Source: Octopus bimaculoides
Taxonomy: Eukaryota
Assembly: GCF_001194135.2 (NCBI RefSeq)
Contig: NC_068998.1
Span: 14,810,728-14,874,727, forward strand
Reading direction: 5' to 3'
Length of the DNA: 64,000 nt
Each line of letters begins with the position of its first letter. Position 1 is the first letter of the stretch. The notes below the pieces were generated by a model. The model did not search any database. It was not told the DNA's origin and saw nothing but the letters and a program-made list of their open reading frames with translations. Made by a program: the position numbers and the translations under genes. Shown here piece after piece: positions 54,839 to 64,000 of the stretch.

Positions 54839-55202
54839 NNNNNNNNNNNNNNNNNNNNNNNNNNNNNNNNNNNNNNNNNNNNNNNNNNNNNNNNNNNNNN
54901 NNNNNNNNNNNNNNNNNNNNNNNNNNNNNNNNNNNNNNNNNNNNNNNNNNNNNNNNNNNNNNNNNNNNNNNNNNNNNNNNNNNNNNNNNNNNNNNNNNNN
55001 NNNNNNNNNNNNNNNNNNNNNNNNNNNNNNNNNNNNNNNNNNNNNNNNNNNNNNNNNNNNNNNNNNNNNNNNNNNNNNNNNNNNNNNNNNNNNNNNNNNN
55101 NNNNNNNNNNNNNNNNNNNNNNNNNNNNNNNNNNNNNNNNNNNNNNNNNNNNNNNNNNNNNNNNNNNNNNNNNNNNNNNNNNNNNNNNNNNNNNNNNNNN
55201 NN

Positions 55203-55265
<63 letters not shown>

Positions 55266-55269
55266 AGAA

Positions 55270-56227
55270 ATGTATATGGGAGAATTCACAAAAAGAAAAC
55301 AAAAGACGAAGACAGGTGATGTAGACAACAAGCAGATGTACAGATGTATTAGTTTAACGCCCCGAAAGTGAAAAGTTTTTAACGTTTCGAGCCTACGCTC
55401 TTCCACGGAAACGAACACAGAAAGAGACAAGGAGAGAAAATAAAGAACGTGTAGAGGCTAGCCATCTATCATGGCGAATGCCGTAAAGAGTGGTCAAACA
55501 GGAGAGCTAGGAGGGAGGGGAGATAATAACGTAGTGGGGATCCCAAAACGAAGGTGCGCGTGTATAAGAGAGTATGTATGTGCGTATGGGAGAGGGCTGG
55601 TGACCGTGATGTGCGTGAGTGTGTATGTGTAGGTGTGTGCATGTGGGTCTGGAAAGTGGTCAGTGCTAGTGTGTGCGTGGTGATGTGATGTGATGTTGTG
55701 TTGTATGGTGGTGTATGGTATAGTGGTGTGTGGTGCTGTGATGGCGTTGGGAGGTGCGGAGGCGAGAGTGGGGAAGGCAAGGTTAGGGTGTGGGTTAGGC
55801 TGAGGGTGGAGTTAGATGTGAGGTATGTGGGAAGGCTGAGGTTGGAGGTAGAGGTGGGGTATGTGGGAGTGGGTGTAAGAGATTGGGTGGGGTGGGATTG
55901 GATGGATTGTGTAGGGGTGGGGTGGAGTTACGAGGGAGGGGTGCGAGGGAATGGGAGAAGGTGGTAGGAGTGAAAAGATGAGAGAAGCAGAGGACTGAAG
56001 AGAAGTAGTAGCTGGAGCGAGAGAGGAGAGGTGGGTGGGAGGAAGTAGGTGTGAGGGGAAGAGAGAGGAGAGGAGGTTAGACGAAGAGGGGAGAAGAGTT
56101 GTGTGCATGTGGTGCAAAGGTGCGAAGAGAGACGATTAATCCCTGTTCACGGCGCAAACGAGAGTCTGGATGGCCCCTGTACAAGGACAATCCAAACACA
56201 GACAGGTGTTGCAAAGAGTGACCGGTA

Positions 56228-56228
<1 letters not shown>
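55270..56228 (-). mobile_element. Penelope-like element 3' end: GIY-YIG C-terminus, CT-rich 3' UTR and terminal segment with a hammerhead-like motif
   Basis: [44 protein letters not shown] (56228-56098) fits the GH...R..RE..LI..L.T..P.G.N end of PLE ORFs; gtggaagagcgtaggctcgaaacgtt at 55381-55406. Confidence 0.72.
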
Positions 56229-56860
<632 letters not shown>

Positions 56861-57864
56861 GCATGTTTGTTTGTGTGTGTCTGTCTTTGTGTGCGTGTGC
56901 ATATTTGTGTGTGTATGTGTGTATATACGTATTAGTGTGTTTTTATATTGATTTCCTCATTTACAGTTCTTTCTCTAAAGATATGATTTATTCAAAACAG
57001 AGGCCTTAATTTTAACGCAACGAACTTTGTTTTATTTCTATACTTTTGGTATCTTTTCACTCATTCTATAAATATTGTTTTCGTGATTCTCCTTAAGGGA
57101 CAAATAATCGAAAAGAAAAAAAATGTATTGAACATTAGAATCAAAATGTATGATCTAGTGGCCAATATAAATAAAAGCAATGAAAAAATAAAGTGCTCAA
57201 AGCACATATTTGAGGATGACTAAATCCATGAAAATGTAAACTAATGCAAACATGCCGTGAAATATTTTGATGGTTTGTCAACCCAGTGGATCGAATACTA
57301 TTTTATTTTTGTTAATTGTGTAAATTTTAGATTTGTTTTTGAGATTCGGTTTTCCATAATGGCATAGTCAAAGGATATGTTTTCATATAAAATACAGGAA
57401 ATGTTCATACATAATACATCATCAATATATGGCTGTTTTGTTTCTTCTTCTTTTTCTTAGAGATGGAAGGTGATATTTTTGATTTTCTAGCAGAAAGATT
57501 TACAAGTAGAATTAATCTTGGAAACAATGGTGTCAAGATTTAATAGTGCTGTTAAATATAGAAAAATCAGTTTGAGTTTTTATTAAAGAAAGTTTTTGAC
57601 ATTAAAGAATATACAGCTCGGAAATAGTATCGTAAGTTATTCACTAATACTATGTCAGAACAACAAGTTGTCATAGACATAAATATTATTGGATTAGGTG
57701 TTGGTAAAGATATATAAACACATAGGCATATTGTTTATATTTTATTCTAGTTTGTTTATATTTGATGCAAAAAGTCGAGCTGCGAGATGAGCACATGCAC
57801 ATATAGCAGAGAAAAGTAAAGCCGCATTATACACGCAACATAATTTAACTAATAAGAGAAAGAA

Positions 57865-57866
<2 letters not shown>

Positions 57867-57948
<82 letters not shown>
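57867..57948. repeat. (TAG)n microsatellite
   Basis: Direct periodicity. Confidence 0.95.
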
Positions 57949-57951
<3 letters not shown>

Positions 57952-58145
57952 CGGCAGCAGCAGCAGAACTACACTATTAGTAGTGAGGGGCTTAGTATTA
58001 GTAGGAGGAGGAGAAAGTAGTATTCGCAGAATGCTTAGAGTATTGGACGATATCGATTTGCTGTACACACATACATAGAAACATACACACTCACTCATAT
58101 ATGCATATACATATATGCATAAAAATGTGAGTACCTATATGTGAG

Positions 58146-58163
58146 TAGATAGATAGATAGATG

Positions 58164-58222
<59 letters not shown>

Positions 58223-58223
58223 T

Positions 58224-58275
<52 letters not shown>
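58146..58275. repeat. (AGAT)n-(AGAC)n-(AGAT)n compound microsatellite
   Basis: Direct periodicity. Confidence 0.95.
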
Positions 58276-58276
<1 letters not shown>

Positions 58277-58277
58277 A

Positions 58278-58393
58278 ATTTACAAAAAACAGAAGACGAA
58301 GAAATGTGAAGGAACAAAAAGCAGGTGTATTAATCTGATGCTCGGGAAGAATGGAAAAGTCTTTGGGGTTTCCAGCCTACGCTTTTTGACAGT
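58278..58393 (-). mobile_element. Second copy of the PLE terminal segment seen at 55280-55410
   Basis: acaaaaaacagaagacgaaga...aagcaggtgtattaatctgatgctc...gaaaagtctt...tttccagcctacgct aligns with 55286-55400. Confidence 0.7.
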
Positions 58394-58394
58394 A

Positions 58395-60188
58395 GATCTC
58401 ATTTGTTGGGTTTCCAGTAGCCAGGTCCTTGTCTACATATCCTATCTAAGACAAGCGTACAGGACACAAGTTTGTGATCGCTGTCGCTGACATAGTGGAA
58501 TTGTGGACAACTTGCTATATTCTTATCTTTACATCTAACTATAATCATATCTAAATAAGATCTAGAAGATCCGTCGCTGTTCGTTCATGTCCACACTGGA
58601 GCGTCCGGAAATTCTAATCTATACCAATCTGCCAGTATATTTGGATTCGAGCCAACACATTCTAAACGTGCATCGCAGATTGTATAAAGTCACCTAATAA
58701 TACTAAAGGATGAGACGTCCTTAGGATATTTTCTAGGTTTCTAGTCCCGTAGGAAGCGTAGACACCTACCAACCTGAAAGTTTTACCACTCCTGAACGTG
58801 ACATCAAGGACGACCAGCCTGCCTTCTGGGTCAATAAAGATTGCTCTAGTCTCAAAAATCAGATTTTTCCTGAGTAGAATCGCAACAACCCTCCCACCAC
58901 TGGTTAGCATGGAGAAATAAATTTCTCGTAGTCCTTCATGAGGAGGGAAAGGCCCGCATCCCACTCTGTCTTGTTTCCGTGGCCACTATCACATCCAATC
59001 TATGTGACCTGAGGTCATTAAGGAAGCGATTTTGCTTCCAGTCTGACCCCAGGCCACGTACATTTAAACATCTTACAGTGAGTTTATCCATAAAAAGGCT
59101 TACCTTCGTGGAGAAGGGATTATAATTCCTTCTCAGTATCGTCCGTGTTTTGCTGGGATTCTTTGGTTAGGCCTTCGTACATGGACGTACAGAAGTCTTT
59201 TCTAAGAGGGCGTATGTCGTTGGGGAATCGGGAGCACAACATATTATAATTTATTCTATCTATAGAATAAATTTGAATTTCCTCTGGTAGGATGGTGCAA
59301 TGTTCTTTGTAAAGTTCTGCAGTTGGTATATCTTATAGTTCATCTGCTAAGAAATAATTTTTTGGCATTTATTGCCATTATATTGAACTCGGATGTTGTT
59401 GGGAAGAGAGAGAGAGAAGGTTGTTTTTGGGGACTGGGGGGAGTAGATTTGGCTATTTTTTCTTATTTTTTCTGGGTCGGGGTGGACTATTTGAGAATCG
59501 TGTGTGACTGCAGGGAGGGGTTTTCTCTTGTTGGTGCTGGGGCTATAGGGGTGGGTTGGGTGTTTCTTTTTTTTGCAGTTTTTATGTGGGTTACAGTAGC
59601 CCAATACTTTGGTTTCCTCTTTTCCGGTTGTTGGAGTAGTATTCTCCTGTATAGGGGGATCCTTTGCATCAGCTGTGGTTGTTGGTCCTGAGGTCTGCAT
59701 GAGGGGAAGAGAGGGGCATTCTGCACTTACGTGGCCTTTCTCGCCACATTTAAGGCAGCGAGGCCTCCTCCCCTCGACCATCATACATAACATGGTTTCC
59801 TCTCTAATCTGGATAGTCTCTGCAATTTCTTCGGGGTGTGTGGGGGTTGTGTGAATAACTAATTCGAGCCCCTGGCCTTTCCAGTTCTCCTGCTCGATTT
59901 TAGTGACTTCGAGGATCGATATTTTGTCCTCTAAGCCCATGATAAATGCTGCACAAAGCCAGGTAACGTCTATCACGGGAGGAATTTCTCCCACCGTTAT
60001 TTTGGAAGTGTGCCTTCCTAGATAGGTTGGTAGCAGCACTACCTCAGCTCTTTTCAAAGGTTTAATAGAGTGTTGCCTGGCTTTTTCCTTACTTTTGCAA
60101 TGCACAATAATTGTTGCGAATCTCTTTCCTCTTGTTATAAAAGTAATGTCAGACCAAATAGTTTGTAGATATGTCTCCACTTCTTTCG
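58395..60188 (-). mobile_element. L1/Tx1-clade retrotransposon fragment: ORF1 with zinc knuckle (about 60188-59120) and ORF2 APE endonuclease (59091-58395); no RT
   Basis: CLKCGEKGHVSAEC (CX2CX4HX4C); MDKLTVRCLNVRGL...DVIVATET; DPEGRLVVLDV; LVGVYA; LVLLGDF; SRSYLD; SDHKLV; GPGYWKPN. Confidence 0.9.
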
Positions 60189-61545
60189 TTGCTATTTTAA
60201 TTTTTTTGGCGATAAACAGTGGTGTCAAACATGAAATGGTTGTTTTGAAGGATGAATTTTAGTGATTCGATTATGAAATCTTTTTTTTTTATCCGTTCTA
60301 GTATTTCTTCTGGATATTTGCCCAGCCAGAACCGGATTGCTTCTATTCTATAATTGTGGGGTATATTAGTGTATAGTTTTATCACATCAAATGAAACCAT
60401 GTGTGTTTCTTTCTTGACCACTTCTGGTAGGTGATTTAACATATCTAAGTCATCTCTAATATAACTTTGATATATTTTACGTGTGGTTTCAGGAGGATGT
60501 CCCTGACGCAACTTAGTCGATGTGTTTCACAAGATGGTCCAGCTATAATGGGCTGTAATTTTAGATCTTCTGGTGCTGGTGTATGTATATATGCCTTTGG
60601 TAATTTTTTTATAGCTTCGTTTATAGTTTGGTTTTTGTGAATTTTCGGTAGACCATAGAACAGGCTGTGCTTACATTTAAAGTTTGTTAAATAGTCTGTT
60701 TCTTTTTTGTTAGGTCTTTTCCGCGGGTTTGAATTAGTGAAAAGTAGTTTTTCATTTTTTTTTGGCGAATATAATCTTTTTTTTTTTCGTAGTGTTTATC
60801 ATTGTTTAGCATGGATACTACTAGATTTTTGTAGTATAATGTGTCCATTAAAAAGACGCACTCTGTCGGTTACGACGTCGAGGATCCCAGCTGATGCGAT
60901 CAACGGAACAGCTTGCTCGTGAAATTAACGTGCCAGTGGCCGAGTACTCCACAGACACGAGTACCCCTAACGTAGTTCTCAGGGAAATTTAACGTGACAC
61001 AGAGGCCGGCCCTTTGAAATACAAGTACTGCTCATTTTTGTCAGCTGAGTGTACTGGAACAACGTGAAATAAAGTGTCTTGCTCAAGGACATAACGCGTG
61101 GCCGGGAATTGAACTCACGACCTTACGATCGCGATCCGAATGCCCTAACCACTAAGCCACGTGCCTTCACATGTGTTCATTACCACTACCGCACTCCCTT
61201 TATCCGCTTCTTTGATTGTTATTTCTTCATTGTTTTGTAGTTCAGTTAGTTCTTTCCATTGGGTAATGATGAAGTTTGAAATTACTTTTTTTTGTGCAAG
61301 GTGTGGTAGGGGTAGTTTTCAATGTGGTTGCAGAGTTCGTCGAGATTATTATTTCTTTCTCTGTGGAGGATGTGTTCACTTTTGTTTTTCACTAGTGAAT
61401 CATCTTCGTTATTATAAATGTGCAGTGCTTCTGCAAGCCTTAATTTCCTGCAGAATTCTGAAACACTGTCCTCGACCTCATTTTGGTTATCTCTGCGAGG
61501 AGTTGGGGTGAACTTTAGCCCTAGTAACAAACAAAATCTCTAACT
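60189..61545 (-). mobile_element. Penelope-like element RT region, interrupted by a SINE; same family as 16975
   Basis: LGLKFTPTP, EFCRKLRL, ITIKEADKGSAVVVM, FYGLPKIHK, PIIAGPSCETHRLS, MVSFDVIKLYTNIP, LQNNHFMFDTTVYRQK. Confidence 0.9.
60851..61170 (-). mobile_element. Full-length tRNA/CORE SINE (family C) inserted in the PLE, with a 12-bp TSD
   Basis: Head gtgaaggcacgtggcttagtggttaggg, B-box gagttcaattccc, ccttgagcaagacacttta; TSD atgtgtccatta (60839-60850) / atgtgttcatta (61171-61182). PLE coding resumes across the site. Confidence 0.92.
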
Positions 61546-62272
61546 CGAAATTGTATCCAAAACTCAAACTTTGAAAAGCGTTTATCGAAACCGGTTACAT
61601 TATGTTGGAAGAGAAAAATCTTATTTTGTATAATATTGCATAATACTTTTGCTATCAGGATTCTAATATATTATTTAATCGTGTAAAACAAATCTTCTGT
61701 GTTTTTTCCTCTTTTCTCTTTCCTTGTGTGTGTATGCACGATGTATGTATGTGAATATATGCCTAAATATACACATCATTTCGACAAGTTATTCCTTCTG
61801 TTATTCGATGTCAGATTGATAGAGTTGTAAAACATGAATAAAGTGTTAGAATTCCATTTATAATTATCAAGATGTATAAATTCTTATAGACGCTGTAAAT
61901 AGAATTTGAACTGTCTCTATTCTATATTTTTCTGTGTTGTATGTTACGATGGCAGAACTTTGAACTTGGCTATGAATCAAAGTTGTTCTTTGGCATGAAT
62001 AGTTTAATCGGAATAATACGCTTATTTCAAAGAATTTAATGGAACCTCTCTTAGAGGGAATAGTCTGCACTAAGTTTTTAATAATATTTTTATATATAAA
62101 CTGTGTGTAAAATAGACATTTCGTAGTTGTTTACGTTTCCATCCAACCTAATTATGCACATTTAATTCTTAAATGGTTCGTTATCTCTAATATATAAGAT
62201 TATCGGCTTCTTTGTATGAACTACTATTTAATATTATATTCATGTTATACTCATTCTGCCGAAAAATGACAG

Positions 62273-62565
62273 TTATTGCCTCCACCTTAGCGAAGGCAGA
62301 GGTATTGTGTTCAGTCCTGTTTGTTTGTTTGTCCGTGGACAAGTTATCTCAAGAATCGCTGGATGGATTCGGATAAAAGTTCCAGGGATGTTTGGCCTCG
62401 TGACTGGCACGAACTGATTAGATTTTGGGATTGATCCGGTATCAGACAGGGATTCTGGATTATTTTTCCTGTTTTCGGGTTCAATTTTAGTATTCACGTT
62501 TATGAGAGCAATCGAGTTTTATTTCAGATATTCTCATTTTAAAAATCCGCTCTGGTTAATTGTTT
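62273..62565 (+). mobile_element. Helentron/HINE-like non-autonomous element, 5' part
   Basis: ttattgcctccaccttagcgaaggcagaggtattg followed by (gttt)n is typical of HINE-type elements; homologous to 25035-25305. Confidence 0.6.
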
Positions 62566-64000
62566 TGACTTACTTAAAACATCAGAGACAATGGTTCACT
62601 TTCAGTTACAGTTATGAGAACTGTTGGGTATGTATTCGTGAGCCTTTCAAAGAGAATAACTAAACCACTACTTAGGCTACTATGTAGGACTTTAGTCAAA
62701 ACTGTGTTCATGAGTTGGTAAACGAATCGAATATCACGCCATTATTCTACAATATTTCTATGATATCCTCGTATATTCAGCAGAGCAGCTTTATGTATTA
62801 TAGGTTGCTCGGCATATTCTCACACCGACTTATTCGATTTGTGTCTTTGAGTTACTTTATGGTCGGACTCGCAAACATTTTTGAGCAAGTGTTTGGCGAC
62901 AGTTTGCATAACGTTTGTACATAAAACTTAAGCAGATAATGAGCCTATAGTTTCCTCCCAAATCAGTATTTTCATACTCTACTTCAAAACGTGTCTTGGA
63001 CTTTGAGGCGATTTGTTATTTTCATTTTCCACGGGTCTTTGAGATATACATATTAAATGTTTTTACGTATAACATCGACTTCATGGATCAGTTGCGGAGT
63101 ATTATGGCTTTTTCTAAAAAATTCTAATCACGCAGCCTTACTCAGGTGGACATTTCAAAGTTGACAATATAAGTTTATTGTCGATTTTCGTATATATTTT
63201 CCCTTGACAACACATAACCATAAGACATTTTAAAGCCTTATCATTTATTTCAAATTTTAAAACCAAAATTATTTACGATCTTCTCAAGAAGCAGCCCTTT
63301 TCAAGGTGTTTATCTATTTATTAACTTTGCTTAATCCCTGATATACTGTTTTTGAATTCGCTAGTTGTATAGCAATCTTTTAACCTCAACTTCCTCAATC
63401 AATATTTTAATATCATCTTTCTTTTCAAAATTTTGGCTTATAGAATTCCTGTACATATTTATTACTATTTTTATTAATATTTCTGCTGTAAAAAATGTTT
63501 GCTGGCTTTTCAGGTTTTTATGTTTCAGCTGATCTTGTACGTGATCATCAGGTTCATATGTGGATGTAGTTTAATATAGTATGTTTTTGTGACCCGTGAT
63601 CCGCGTGTTTATGGAATGTTCGATTAATTGAAGACAACAGCATTTTGTTATTATTGTATTCATATATTCCAATGGAGATAAGATTTCTCAGTGAATGTAA
63701 ACAATCGAGTAAAGGTTGGGGTGAAGGAAGATTGAGATTGAATTATACAAATGATGTGAGATAGAAATTTGTTTATTAATTTGAACATTTGTTTACTTTT
63801 TATATAAGTCGTCTATGGAAATGAATTTACTTCGTCTGATCAAAATAGCCACTGGAAAGACAAACTTAATCAAGAAGAAACAGAAATTCACTTAAAATTA
63901 CGTATCTATGAAGTGAAGAGAGAAAACATAATTGACGTTAAATATATCTGGTCAATGAAAGGGGATGATAACTCTGTAGCTGTAGCTATATAAAATTCGT

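Noticed and set aside
57461-57543. Strong acceptor followed by MEGDIFDFLAERFTSRINLGNNGVKI*
   Set aside because: Could be a terminal exon, but polypyrimidine-AG is common in this DNA and nothing else supports it.
63510-63552. Minus-strand CTGATGA...GAAAC
   Set aside because: Stem II is out of register and stem I is absent; compatible with chance.

Overview
Eukaryotic, AT-rich, repeat-dominated genomic DNA with 19 assembly gaps (about 5.5 kb of N). The SINE repertoire and microsatellite density suggest an octopus/cephalopod draft assembly (inference). There is no intact protein-coding gene, rRNA, true tRNA gene or CRISPR array, and almost all long ORFs in the track are microsatellite or gap artefacts. 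The supportable content is decayed transposons. DNA transposons: a Tc1 copy with TIRs and apparent DD36E spacing, an internally deleted DD34D mariner, a Tigger/pogo relic, a hAT-type MITE and Helitron/Helentron-like non-autonomous elements. Retroelements: Penelope-like element (PLE) RT and GIY-YIG fragments, an L1/Tx1-like ORF1+APE fragment, RTE, CR1/Jockey-group and RLE-type LINE ends, and at least three modular tRNA-derived SINE families. The most interesting signals are (1) several minimal hammerhead-ribozyme-like motifs, some sharing a non-canonical core, (2) a same-strand PLE-RT / Tx1 ORF1-APE / PLE-terminus composite at 58.3-61.5 kb, (3) several long inverted-repeat hairpins, and (4) a candidate signal-peptide exon at 18071 with a few possible downstream exons.
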